This document shows positions 20,716 through 30,555 of a stretch of DNA of 64,000 nucleotides, piece by piece. The stretch is from Gammaproteobacteria bacterium (GTDB lineage: Bacteria > Pseudomonadota > Gammaproteobacteria > DAOVJZ01): NCBI GenBank assembly GCA_029882995.1, contig JAOUJV010000002.1, positions 7,330 to 71,329 on the forward strand, written 5' to 3'. How positions within the stretch are numbered: the stretch's first letter is position 1; every line of letters starts with the position of its first letter. The notes beneath the pieces were generated by a model. That model made no database searches. It had not been told where the DNA came from and saw only the letters and a list, made by a program, of their open reading frames with translations. The position numbers and the translations under genes were made by a program.

Positions 20716-21432
20716 ATGAATATCACTAGAACCATAAAATCACTAATTAACAGTGCCGGCTTGATTTACGCGAAAAAAATTTGCGCTCGCGAATATAATA
20801 GCCAAACATACATGGGGTTTAATGAGCGGGCTATTGAATTTTCATTTCTTTTTACCCAGCTAACAAAATTATGGCCTAAAACAATATTGGATGTCGGAAC
20901 GGGGATGACAGCATTGCCTCACATGATGAGAAACTGTGGATTTCATGTGACGGCCATTGATAATATCAAAGACTATTGGACGAATGGGATGGTGAATCGC
21001 CACTATCATATTATTGATGATGATATTAGCAATACAAAACTTACTGACACTTATGATGTGATTACCTGTATAAGTGTACTCGAACATATCAATGACCATC
21101 GCGCAGCAATGATGTCAATGTATAGATTACTTAATCCTGGCGGACATCTTATTTTGACTTGTCCTTATACCGAGACTGAATATGTTAATAATGTTTATAC
21201 ATTGCCTGAATCTTCGGTTCATGAGGACTTCCCCTTTATTACTCAATCATTTTCCCGAAATGAAGTTGATAACTGGTTGATAGATAGCCCTTTTAATTTA
21301 ATAGAACAAGAATATTGGCAGTTTTTTGAGGGAAACTACTGGACTTGTGGAGAGAAGCTTTCTGCTCCGAATCAGGTAAAGAAGGAAAATACACACCAAC
21401 TAAGCTGTATGTTGTTTGCCAAAAATCAATAG
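20716..21432 (+). CDS. Class I SAM-dependent methyltransferase.
   Basis: Motif I 'ILDVGTGMTALP' and a Methyltransf_11/23-like 'LLNPGGHLILT'. Confidence 0.6.
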   Translation: MNITRTIKSLINSAGLIYAKKICAREYNSQTYMGFNERAIEFSFLFTQLTKLWPKTILDVGTGMTALPHMMRNCGFHVTAIDNIKDYWTNGMVNRHYHIIDDDISNTKLTDTYDVITCISVLEHINDHRAAMMSMYRLLNPGGHLILTCPYTETEYVNNVYTLPESSVHEDFPFITQSFSRNEVDNWLIDSPFNLIEQEYWQFFEGNYWTCGEKLSAPNQVKKENTHQLSCMLFAKNQ

Positions 21433-21452
21433 GTGAAAGATATCTAATTACT

Positions 21453-22673
21453 GTGAAGATACTTTTTATATCTAATGGGCTTACCCACTACTACAATCTA
21501 GTTCTTTCTCGTTTAAATAGTGAACCAGGCATTGAGTTGGTTGCGGTTGTACCCAAGCAATGTAGTTCTCATATTGGAGAGGGGGTTTATCAGACCAAGG
21601 ATGGAATAAATTTTAGGGTTGTTGAGTTGGAAGAATCACGAAAGCTATATTTATATACAACATTCAAAGGTTTGGCTAGTCTTATAAGAAAAGAACGACC
21701 TGACGTTGTTATTGTGATCGATATATATCTCTTTACTTTTTTACTTGATGTGGCAGTTGTTGTAGCAATGAAACTAGCCCAGTCAAAACTTATATTGAAA
21801 ACACATCCATTTCGTTACCCCACATATCAAGAGGCTCTGGTTGAGATTGAAAAATCTTCTTCTGAATTTAAATTATTACCAAAAACAATTAATAAGCTAG
21901 TGTGTATGTTTGGTTTAGTGCGTATCTTAAGGAAAGGAGTCTTATACCTTAATAGATTGGCGCTTAATATGGTCGATGCACATGTTAATTATATTGAAGC
22001 ACATAAATTATGGGCTACTTATGGTGTCCCGCGCGAAAAAATATTTGTAACTATGAATTCGCCTGACACAGATATTTTGTTTAATGTGAAAAAGGCATTA
22101 AAAGATATTGATTCAATATTGCCGGTTAATCCTTATCGAATTCTACATGTTGGCAGATTGGTTGAGTGGAAGCGTGTTGATATGTTAATCCGCACGGTTG
22201 CCAGATTAAAAACCGTCTTCCCAGATGTGGAGCTTCTCGTTATCGGAAAAGGACCAGAAGAAGCTATGTTAAGGCAACTAGCTTTTGAGCTTAATCTTGA
22301 AAAAGAAATCAAGTTCGTTGGGGGGGTTTATGAACCCCGTCAACTTGGTCAATATTTCAATGCATCTTCTCTTTACGTCTTGGCCGGGATGGGAGGAATA
22401 TCTATAAATGAAGCCATGTGTTTTGGTTTACCCATACTTTGTTCGATTTGTGATGGTACAGAAAAAATACTGGTTCGTGAGGGTGTTAATGGGCGGTATT
22501 TCAAAGATGGCAGTGAGGATGATTTGTTTAATAAGATCAAATGGTTTTTTGAGCATCCAGAAAAGATGAAAGAGATGGGATGTGAATCTATCAAAATTAT
22601 TGAGAAAGATGTAAATATTCGTACAGTTATAAATGGCTATAGACAGGCACTTGATTATGTGGAAGCAAAATGA
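21453..22673 (+). CDS. Glycosyltransferase family 4 (GT-B, retaining).
   Basis: The C-terminus 'GRLVEWKRVDMLI...GMGGISINEAMCFGLPIL' is GT4 EX7E-like. GTG start at 21453, just after the stop of the upstream gene. Confidence 0.65.
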   Translation: MKILFISNGLTHYYNLVLSRLNSEPGIELVAVVPKQCSSHIGEGVYQTKDGINFRVVELEESRKLYLYTTFKGLASLIRKERPDVVIVIDIYLFTFLLDVAVVVAMKLAQSKLILKTHPFRYPTYQEALVEIEKSSSEFKLLPKTINKLVCMFGLVRILRKGVLYLNRLALNMVDAHVNYIEAHKLWATYGVPREKIFVTMNSPDTDILFNVKKALKDIDSILPVNPYRILHVGRLVEWKRVDMLIRTVARLKTVFPDVELLVIGKGPEEAMLRQLAFELNLEKEIKFVGGVYEPRQLGQYFNASSLYVLAGMGGISINEAMCFGLPILCSICDGTEKILVREGVNGRYFKDGSEDDLFNKIKWFFEHPEKMKEMGCESIKIIEKDVNIRTVINGYRQALDYVEAK

Positions 22674-22700
22674 ATAGATGATTTATTCCGGGCTATTTTC

Positions 22701-24011
22701 GTGAAAATTATCCATTTGGCTACACAAGATATTGGTGGTGGTGGTGGTGCTTTTGATGCTTCTTATCGGCTTCATTGCAATATGATGTCTGTCGGAATCG
22801 ATTCCGCCATGGTAGTACTAAGAAAAGAAACGGATGATGTGACTGTTGTTGATATATCTAAAAAATTGTTTCTGACTGAAAGAATACGTCGATTTCTGTT
22901 CACTATTAAAAAAAAATACATTCGTTGGAAATATAAACCATCACCATATTTTTTTGTACAACGAAGGGAATATTTTTCTGTAGATAGATTGCTTGATGAT
23001 TTCCCTTTTAAACCAGATGTTATTATTGCCCATTGGGTATCTGACTTCGTTAGTTTGCAAATGCTTGGGGAGATGAGCCGTATTACCGGTGCACCTGTAC
23101 TTTGGTACCTGATGGATATGGCCCCACTAACTGGTGGTTGCCACTATGCTTTTGAATGCAAAGGGTATACTAAGCAATGTGGATATTGTCCGCAGTTAAG
23201 TTCCAAACATGAGCAGGATTTATCATCTGATCAATGGTTTTCAAGGCAAAAAATTATTAAGAAAATGGATATTACACCTGTTGCTGGTTCAACATGGCTA
23301 ATGGAGCGTATAGAGGAAAGTACTATTTTTCATGGCAAACAGGGGAAAAAAATACTCTTAGGTTTAAATGCCGATATTTTTACACCTGCAAATCAAGACG
23401 ATGCCAGAAGTCAGCTCGACTTACCACTTAATAAAAAGATAATATTCTTTGGTGCACAGAATATATATGAAGAAAGAAAGGGGATTTATTATTTAATTGA
23501 GGCTTTAAAGCTTCTTTATTCTATGCTTGATGACAATCCGCAGCTAAAAAATGAGATTCTTGTTGTTATGGCCGGATCAAATGCAGATAAAAATAAATTA
23601 GATATCCCATTTGAACATCGCCATATAGGTTTCTTACGAGGAGATGTTGCGCTTGCGACAGGTTATCAGGCTGCAGATGTTTTTGTAAATCCTTCGATTG
23701 AAGATGCTGGGCCCATGATGATTAATGAATCTATTCTCTGCGGGACACCAGTTGTTGCTTTTGAAATGGGTGTTGCCAAGGATCTTGTGCATACAAGTCA
23801 AACTGGCTACAGAGCACGACTCAAAGACGAGAGAGATATGGCTATTGGTATACGCAGGATTCTTGAATTAGATGATAATGTTATGTGTAAAATGCGTGAA
23901 AATTGTCGCAATCTTGGTGTTAAGTTATGCCACCCATCAGTGCAAACACAAGCATTTAAGGAATTATGTGTGGAGATAATTAAATATAGTGATGAAGGTA
24001 TCGGGCATTGA
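22701..24011 (+). CDS. Glycosyltransferase family 4-like (GT-B).
   Basis: GT-B C-terminal domain 'FVNPSIEDAGPMMINESILCGTPVVAFE'. GTG start. Confidence 0.55.
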   Translation: MKIIHLATQDIGGGGGAFDASYRLHCNMMSVGIDSAMVVLRKETDDVTVVDISKKLFLTERIRRFLFTIKKKYIRWKYKPSPYFFVQRREYFSVDRLLDDFPFKPDVIIAHWVSDFVSLQMLGEMSRITGAPVLWYLMDMAPLTGGCHYAFECKGYTKQCGYCPQLSSKHEQDLSSDQWFSRQKIIKKMDITPVAGSTWLMERIEESTIFHGKQGKKILLGLNADIFTPANQDDARSQLDLPLNKKIIFFGAQNIYEERKGIYYLIEALKLLYSMLDDNPQLKNEILVVMAGSNADKNKLDIPFEHRHIGFLRGDVALATGYQAADVFVNPSIEDAGPMMINESILCGTPVVAFEMGVAKDLVHTSQTGYRARLKDERDMAIGIRRILELDDNVMCKMRENCRNLGVKLCHPSVQTQAFKELCVEIIKYSDEGIGH

Positions 24012-24823
24012 AGTACTTAATAAGTAAAATAATAAATATGTTAGGGTACGATATAATTAAACGCCGATCAATTCTAGCAAGCAATTTGAATATTGATGAG
24101 TTACTTGGCTATGAGTTAGAAGAAGATGCTGTTAATAGTATAAATATCATTCAAAATAACACCATGCTTTCAAAAAGGAGACTAGTCACACTTTACCAGC
24201 AGGTAGACTATTGCGAGAAAAATAAAATTCAGGGGAGTTTTGTTGAGTGCGGCGTATGGAAAGGTGGGGCAATGGGGTTGATGGCTCTTGCGAATTTAAG
24301 AACAGGTTCAAATAGAAGGCATTTACACTTGTTTGATGTGTTTCAGGAAATCTGCGAACCAGATGCTGCCGTTGATGGGGAGAAGGCTCTGCAAGAAGTT
24401 CATAAATTTACAGGTGGAGTTGGTCGTAGTAATGGAAAGTTACAATCTATAAAGGGAATATATGATTCTATGGGTGGGGCGGGCACCTTGGAAGAGAGCC
24501 AGAATCTTCTTGAAAATATAATTGGTTACCCTAAAGACATGATTCATTATCATGCTGGCTGGTTTCAGGATACTCTTCCTGTTGATCATCAAGATATTGG
24601 GCCAATAGCTATCTTGCGTTTAGACGGAGACTGGTATGCATCCACAAAGATATGCCTTGATTATTTATTTAACAAGGTTGTAAGCGGCGGCATTGTAATA
24701 ATTGATGACTATGGAACATATGAAGGTTGCAGAAAAGCAGTCGATGAGTATATTCATACTCATAAAATATGCGCTTATCTTTCGTCAGTAGATAGTGACT
24801 GCCGATTTTTTGTGAAAGGATAA
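24008..24823 (+). CDS. TylF/MycF-family SAM-dependent O-methyltransferase.
   Basis: 'FVECGVWKGGAMGLMA', 'LRLDGDWYAST' and 'GGIVIIDDYG' are hallmark TylF motifs. Confidence 0.7.
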   Translation: MKYLISKIINMLGYDIIKRRSILASNLNIDELLGYELEEDAVNSINIIQNNTMLSKRRLVTLYQQVDYCEKNKIQGSFVECGVWKGGAMGLMALANLRTGSNRRHLHLFDVFQEICEPDAAVDGEKALQEVHKFTGGVGRSNGKLQSIKGIYDSMGGAGTLEESQNLLENIIGYPKDMIHYHAGWFQDTLPVDHQDIGPIAILRLDGDWYASTKICLDYLFNKVVSGGIVIIDDYGTYEGCRKAVDEYIHTHKICAYLSSVDSDCRFFVKG

Positions 24824-24824
24824 G

Positions 24825-25556
24825 ATGATTATGAGAAATAATTACAGTCGCCTTGATTGGGACTCTAATTTTTTTGGGTTTGATGTGGCGAGAATAACTG
24901 TTACAGATATTGATGAAACCGGACTGATGGAGATGCTTGATGAGTTGAAATTTAAAAATTATCGTATGGCCTATTGGGATATTCCAATAGATAAACAAGA
25001 AACAATCCGCATTGCTCATGCCTGCGGTGGTTTTTTGGCATGCGAAAAAGTTACTTATTTCAAAAGGCTAGATAATGAAATTGATGCATTTAGTGCATTA
25101 CCATATATTGCCACACCTTACACAGATGTTGAGCCTAGTCCTGAATTAATAAGTTTAGGAATTCAAAGTGGGAAATATTCTCGTTTTCGAATCGACCCTT
25201 CTTTCCCAGATGATATGTGCGATAAACTTTATAAATGCTGGTTAATACGTTCTGTGCATAAAGAAATCGCTTGGAAAGTTCTTGTTGTCAAAGAAGATGA
25301 CAATTTATTGGGGATGATAACTTTGGGGTTGAAAAATGATCGTGGAGACATTGGGCTATTAGCTGTCTCTAGCAAAGCAAGAGGAAAAGGAATAGGAAAA
25401 TGTCTTGTTATGGAAGCAGGAAAGTTTTTTTTTGAGCATAGATATATCAATACACAGATAGTTACGCAGCGCGCTAATATGGCTGCGTGTAGGCTATATG
25501 AATCGTGTGGGTATCATATTGAACGAACTGATAATGTGTTTCACTTTTGGCTTTAG
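24825..25556 (+). CDS. wecD: dTDP-fucosamine (dTDP-4-amino-4,6-dideoxygalactose) N-acetyltransferase, WecD/RffC-like GNAT.
   Basis: The N-terminus 'LDWDSNFFGFDVARI' and the C-terminal GNAT 'GKGIGKCLV...RLYESCGY' align with E. coli WecD. The gene is directly upstream of wecE. Confidence 0.7.
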   Translation: MIMRNNYSRLDWDSNFFGFDVARITVTDIDETGLMEMLDELKFKNYRMAYWDIPIDKQETIRIAHACGGFLACEKVTYFKRLDNEIDAFSALPYIATPYTDVEPSPELISLGIQSGKYSRFRIDPSFPDDMCDKLYKCWLIRSVHKEIAWKVLVVKEDDNLLGMITLGLKNDRGDIGLLAVSSKARGKGIGKCLVMEAGKFFFEHRYINTQIVTQRANMAACRLYESCGYHIERTDNVFHFWL

Positions 25557-25562
25557 GTAAAA

Positions 25563-26708
25563 ATGAAAATCCCATTTAACAAACCATACCTTACTGGTAA
25601 AGAGGTGGATTATATTCAGGAAGCTGTAGTTTCAGGGAAAATATCTGGGGATGGTATTTTCACACAAAAATGCCATGGTTTTTTTGAGGAGCGTTATAGG
25701 TTTAAAAAAACTTTATTAACTACATCTTGCACTGATGCACTAGAAATGACTGCGATTTTATGTGATATAAAGCCAGGCGATGAAGTTATTGCCCCCAGTT
25801 ATACATTCGTTTCCACAGTAAATGCATTTGTATTGCGTGGTGCTAAAATTGTATTTGTTGACAGCGGGAAGTCATGCCCAAATATAGATGCAAGCCAGAT
25901 TGAAGAACTGGTAACACCAAAAACAAAAGCCATTATTCCGGTTCATTATGCTGGCATAGCTTGCGAAATGGATGAAATACTTGATATTGCTCGCCGCCAT
26001 AATCTTTTTGTAATTGAAGACGCGGCACAGGCGATTGACTCTTTTTATAAAGGTGAGCCGTTAGGCTCACTTGGTCATTTCGGTACATTCTCGTTTCATG
26101 AGACAAAAAACATTATTTCTGGTGAAGGTGGAATGCTTGCTATTAACGATGAAGATTATATCAGTCGCGCTGAAATAATTCGTGAGAAAGGGACAAATCG
26201 GACAGCTTTTTTTCGTGGTGAAGTTGATAAATATGGATGGGTCGATATTGGTTCCTCTTTTCTACCATCTGAAATTATATCTGCATTTCTTTTCGCACAA
26301 GCAGAGTCGTTAGATTATATACAGGAAAAGAGGAAGCGATTATGGGCATTGTATTATGAGTTATTAAGCCCATTAGAGAAGGCGGGCTATTTTGATTTAC
26401 CCAAGATACCACCTTATGCAACTAATAATGCTCATATGCTATACATTGTCTGCAATAATTCAAATGACAGAGAAGGATTGATAAAATATCTTATGAAAAA
26501 CGACATTCTTGCAGTATTTCATTATCAATCACTGCATCAGAGCACTTATTACTCGAACCTTCATGATGGTCGAAAATTATTAAATTCTGACAGGTACACA
26601 GAATGCCTTGTTAGGCTGCCGCTTTATTATGAGTTAAATGAAGATAATATTATTTTCATAACATCTGTTATTAATGATTTTTATAATAATTCGGATGTTA
26701 AGTGGTAA
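25563..26708 (+). CDS. wecE: dTDP-4-dehydro-6-deoxy-D-glucose 4-aminotransferase (dTDP-Fuc4N synthase), WecE/RffA.
   Basis: 'MKIPFNKPYLTGKEVDYIQEAV...GKISGDG...YTFVSTVNAFVLRGAKIVFVD...HYAGIACEMD...FSFHETKN' is near-collinear with E. coli WecE. Confidence 0.85.
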   Translation: MKIPFNKPYLTGKEVDYIQEAVVSGKISGDGIFTQKCHGFFEERYRFKKTLLTTSCTDALEMTAILCDIKPGDEVIAPSYTFVSTVNAFVLRGAKIVFVDSGKSCPNIDASQIEELVTPKTKAIIPVHYAGIACEMDEILDIARRHNLFVIEDAAQAIDSFYKGEPLGSLGHFGTFSFHETKNIISGEGGMLAINDEDYISRAEIIREKGTNRTAFFRGEVDKYGWVDIGSSFLPSEIISAFLFAQAESLDYIQEKRKRLWALYYELLSPLEKAGYFDLPKIPPYATNNAHMLYIVCNNSNDREGLIKYLMKNDILAVFHYQSLHQSTYYSNLHDGRKLLNSDRYTECLVRLPLYYELNEDNIIFITSVINDFYNNSDVKW

Positions 26709-26749
26709 GCATTATTGATTGCCACCTGTGATAATGGGGTGATATTTTT

Positions 26750-27463
26750 ATGCGGGCTCTTAAAAAAATAATACGTTCATTTGGGTTTGATATCAGTCGT
26801 TATAATCCTGAAAGCTCTGAAATAGCACGATTAATGGCAATGTTAAATGAACATTGCATAAATCTGGTGCTGGATGTTGGCGCCAATACTGGTGGATTTG
26901 GAAAATTGTTGCGTGATGCGAACTACCAAGGCAGGATTGTTTCATTTGAACCGCTCTCGTCTGCATGGGATAAGCTATTAATAGAGTCCAGAAAAGACTC
27001 GCTTTGGGAAATAGCTCCGCGTACAGCATTGGGAGCTGAAGACGGTGAGATAGATATTAACATAGCAGGGAATTCAGAAAGCAGTTCAGTGCTAGCGATG
27101 TTAGATGCTCATGCTAGTGCAGCACCTGAATCGTGTTATGTAGATACAGAGCGGACACCATTACATCGTTTGGATTCGATCATTCCAGACTATCTACATC
27201 CAGAATCAGTCCCGTTTTTGAAAATAGATGCTCAAGGTTATGAAGATAGAGTGTTAATGGGGGCGAAGAATTTTTTAGAAAAGACGATAGGTTTGCAACT
27301 TGAGTTATCGTTAACTCCTCTCTATCAGGAGCAGTGTTTATATGATGATCTTATCCAACAGCTAAAAAATATGGGCTTTGAACTTTGGGCAATATCCCCG
27401 GTATTTACTGATCATGCCACTGGGCGATTGCTTCAGGTTGATGCAACATTTTTTCGTAATTAA
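26750..27463 (+). CDS. FkbM-family methyltransferase.
   Basis: 'LDVGANTGGF' and 'FLKIDAQGYE' are FkbM-family motifs. Confidence 0.7.
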   Translation: MRALKKIIRSFGFDISRYNPESSEIARLMAMLNEHCINLVLDVGANTGGFGKLLRDANYQGRIVSFEPLSSAWDKLLIESRKDSLWEIAPRTALGAEDGEIDINIAGNSESSSVLAMLDAHASAAPESCYVDTERTPLHRLDSIIPDYLHPESVPFLKIDAQGYEDRVLMGAKNFLEKTIGLQLELSLTPLYQEQCLYDDLIQQLKNMGFELWAISPVFTDHATGRLLQVDATFFRN

Positions 27464-27604
27464 TTACAGCCTCTAATGTTGCGAAGCGCAGGTTGTTAAG
27501 TGAATAAAATAGTTTGCCTTAACCCTGATTACAGTACAACTCGATGTTTGATTTATTCATCATCAATCATTAATGGAGAGACTGCAAGCAGTAAGTATAA
27601 AGGT

Positions 27605-28468
27605 ATGCAATTATTGCCAGATAACACCGAACGAACAGGTGAAGGTGGGTTGAGGACACAAGGGTATTTTAAGATAGAAGACTGTCTTGATGGAGAAGCC
27701 AAATGTTTAGAAAAAACCACGAGAAAACCACTAGTCACAATTATCACAGTTGTTTTTAATGGAGCAGACACTCTAGAAAAAACTATTCTAAGTGTTATTA
27801 GTCAATCCTACACTAATATTGAATATATTATTATTGACGGTGGTTCAACGGATGGAACAATTGACATCATTCGTAAACATGAACATGCTATTGATTACTG
27901 GGTAAGCGAACCAGACACGGGAATATATGATGCATGGAATAAAGGGGTGCGACTTTCTAATGGAGAATGGATTGCTTTTCTTGGTGCAGATGATTCATAT
28001 TTGGAAGAGGCAATTAATGCCTATATTGATAGTATATTAAGCAATGAAAATTCATCTGTTCTTGAATATGTTTCATCAAGAGTAAATTTAATCAATGGTA
28101 CAAGGACTTTGCGGGTTATCGGTGCCCCTTGGAACTGGAAAGTATTTCGTAAATATATGAATGTTGCACATATTGGTTCATTTCATCATCGTGCCATTTT
28201 TGACAAATATGGCTTATACGACACTACATATAAAATATGTGGAGACTATGAATTATTGTTGAGAGCAAAATCGGCTTTAAGGGCTGGGTATTTAGAAAAA
28301 ATAACAGCTAACATGGAAATTGGCGGTAAAAGCAATAATAATGTTCTGACTTTTTCAGAAGCAAGTAGGGCGAAAATAAAATCAGGAGGGAGAAATCGGG
28401 TGGTTAGCCAGATTGAAAAAATAATGGCTATTTTGAAGTGGAAGGCGCGCACATATTTATGGCAATAA
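27605..28468 (+). CDS. Glycosyltransferase family 2.
   Basis: 'VTIITVVFNGADTLEKTILSVISQSY...IIIDGGSTDGT' is GT2 with a DxD-like motif. The ATG at 27605 is more plausible than the track start at 27500, but this is uncertain. Confidence 0.7.
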   Translation: MQLLPDNTERTGEGGLRTQGYFKIEDCLDGEAKCLEKTTRKPLVTIITVVFNGADTLEKTILSVISQSYTNIEYIIIDGGSTDGTIDIIRKHEHAIDYWVSEPDTGIYDAWNKGVRLSNGEWIAFLGADDSYLEEAINAYIDSILSNENSSVLEYVSSRVNLINGTRTLRVIGAPWNWKVFRKYMNVAHIGSFHHRAIFDKYGLYDTTYKICGDYELLLRAKSALRAGYLEKITANMEIGGKSNNNVLTFSEASRAKIKSGGRNRVVSQIEKIMAILKWKARTYLWQ

Positions 28469-29622
28469 ATATAAGATCTTTTGTATTGTATACAACCATT
28501 ATTAGCATCTTTTCAGAGGCATTATTTGTTCGATATGGATTTGATATAAAGGCGTTCTATTTGGTTCTTATTATTAATACGTTATTAATTATTCCTGCGC
28601 ACTCTATTTATATTCACACTTATCATTTTATTTTATTATGCTTGCTTGCAATCTCAGGAATCATTGGCATTCTTGCAGGAACAAATGATTTAATACCATT
28701 TTTGTTTACCATAACGGGAATAAGCGCATCTTCTATTTATTATTACAATTTTTTTAAATATCAAAACATATCTATTGAAAAAATATTTAATTTATATTTT
28801 CACATAGCTTATTTGGTTGCATTAATCGGGTTATTGATTTTTTGTTATGATCTTATCATAGGTAATGAGTTAAAATATGTTAAGAGCATTATGCTTGAGC
28901 CCGCGCATTATTGTGCTGCTGTAATGCCAGCCTTATATTATGGATTGCAAAGAACACTGCAAGAACGTGAACACATATGGAAAAGCGGGATCATTCTTGT
29001 GTCTATAGGATTAAGCGGATCGTCTGTCGGCTTTGTTGGGCTTCTACTGATCCTGTTCTTTTTATTCGCAAGAAATATAAAAGGAACAATATTAGGCATT
29101 ATTGCAGTATCTTTATCGTTTGCTTTCATTTATACATTTAGTGATAAATTTAATCTTCGCGTAGATGACACATTGCGAGCGATTCAAACAGGTGCCGTAG
29201 ATGAGGTCAATCTTAGTACATATTCACTGATTAAAAACACTTTTATTGCGACTGAGAGTTTTAAGCGTAACCCGTTATTGGGCGGAGGTTTAGGTTCACA
29301 TGTGGTTTCACATGAAAAATTCGTTGATTCTATCCCTGGGATTGAAATGCTCCCGATTGATTTTATAGAACTAAACTCGAAAGATGCATCATCACTTGCG
29401 AATCGGGTTGTTTCTGAGCTGGGAATAATAGGAGTTATTTTTTTATTGACGTTTCTATATTATTTTCGAAACAAGAATAATGCATTTAATACAGCTGCCT
29501 TTATCTATTTCTTGTTAAAACTATTACGTAATGGCCATTATTTTACGCCCGAAACGTATTTTTTTGTAATGGTATTCGTTCTTACAAGTGCGGCGGCCAT
29601 GGGGAAACCACGGTCAAATTAA
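28459..29622 (+). CDS. wzy: O-antigen polymerase (Wzy) / O-antigen-ligase-family membrane protein.
   Basis: Ten or more TM helices and a Wzy_C-like periplasmic loop '...ESFKRNPLLGGGLGSHVVSHEKF'. The cluster also encodes Wzz. The ATG at 28459 overlaps the GT2 stop. Confidence 0.6.
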   Translation: MAINIRSFVLYTTIISIFSEALFVRYGFDIKAFYLVLIINTLLIIPAHSIYIHTYHFILLCLLAISGIIGILAGTNDLIPFLFTITGISASSIYYYNFFKYQNISIEKIFNLYFHIAYLVALIGLLIFCYDLIIGNELKYVKSIMLEPAHYCAAVMPALYYGLQRTLQEREHIWKSGIILVSIGLSGSSVGFVGLLLILFFLFARNIKGTILGIIAVSLSFAFIYTFSDKFNLRVDDTLRAIQTGAVDEVNLSTYSLIKNTFIATESFKRNPLLGGGLGSHVVSHEKFVDSIPGIEMLPIDFIELNSKDASSLANRVVSELGIIGVIFLLTFLYYFRNKNNAFNTAAFIYFLLKLLRNGHYFTPETYFFVMVFVLTSAAAMGKPRSN

Positions 29623-29728
29623 AAGCTGTTAATGATTAAAGAGTTATTTATTAAAATATAGAGTTACTGAATTTAAGTAATTATAAGCTGCATACGTAAT
29701 TTAAAATGAAAGTTTTATAGGTGGAAAA

Positions 29729-30541
29729 ATGAATCTGAGGCTTCAAAGAGTACAACGAATTTTGAGGGATTCAGGACTGCTTGGGCCTATAGAAAAATTC
29801 CGCTACTTGCTTAGCGTTGTGCGGTGGTATAGGAAAAATCGCGAATTCATTCAAAAACATCCTGATTTTAAAGTGCCACCAAAGGTACTTGCGTATGATG
29901 CCTACTCTGCTCCTGATTGGGATTTTTATAAGCAAAGTGGTGAGGAAACAGCTGTGTTTCTCGCAGCGATATCTAATAAATATCTTTCCCATGATATTCC
30001 TCTTCAGGTGCTTGAGTGGGGGTGCGGTCCAGGACGTGTTATTAGACATATCCCCAATGCGTTTTCCGGCAACACTAATACCTATGGTTCTGATTACAAC
30101 CCAGCAACAATTGCTTGGTGCAATGATAATATTGGGCAAATTAAGTTTTCTCTAAATGGCTTGCAACCACCGCTTCACTTTGAAGGTGGATATTTTGATT
30201 TAATTTATTCAATTTCTGTTATTACTCATTTATCTGAAGAAGTTAGTCGTCTATGGGTTGATGAGTTGTTGAGGCTTGTTCGCCCCGGTGGGATTCTTGT
30301 AATAACAACAAATGGTGATTCACGGAAAAACGTTATGCGACCTGACGAGATAGAAGCTTATGAATCAATCGGGTTAGTTATTCGTGGTAAGTTTGAAGAA
30401 GGGAAAAAAATGTACTGGGCATGTCATTCTCCCCAATATTTAAGAGAGAAATTATTTAGTGGGTTTGAGGTATTAGAACATGTTAATGCTGGTTTTCCTT
30501 ATACAGGTCAAGATTATTGGGTTTTGAGAAAGCCAAGGTGA
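29729..30541 (+). CDS. Class I SAM-dependent methyltransferase.
   Basis: Motif I 'VLEWGCGPGRV' and motif post-I 'YGSDYN'. Confidence 0.6.
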   Translation: MNLRLQRVQRILRDSGLLGPIEKFRYLLSVVRWYRKNREFIQKHPDFKVPPKVLAYDAYSAPDWDFYKQSGEETAVFLAAISNKYLSHDIPLQVLEWGCGPGRVIRHIPNAFSGNTNTYGSDYNPATIAWCNDNIGQIKFSLNGLQPPLHFEGGYFDLIYSISVITHLSEEVSRLWVDELLRLVRPGGILVITTNGDSRKNVMRPDEIEAYESIGLVIRGKFEEGKKMYWACHSPQYLREKLFSGFEVLEHVNAGFPYTGQDYWVLRKPR

Positions 30542-30555
30542 ACTATTTTAAAAAT

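Noticed and set aside
29771-30155. Overlapping ORFs on both strands (29817-30155 on the + strand and 29771-30139 on the - strand) within the 29729 methyltransferase gene.
   Set aside because: The methyltransferase frame carries canonical SAM-binding motifs. The alternative frames are Leu/Ile/Arg-rich with no motifs. They are spurious.
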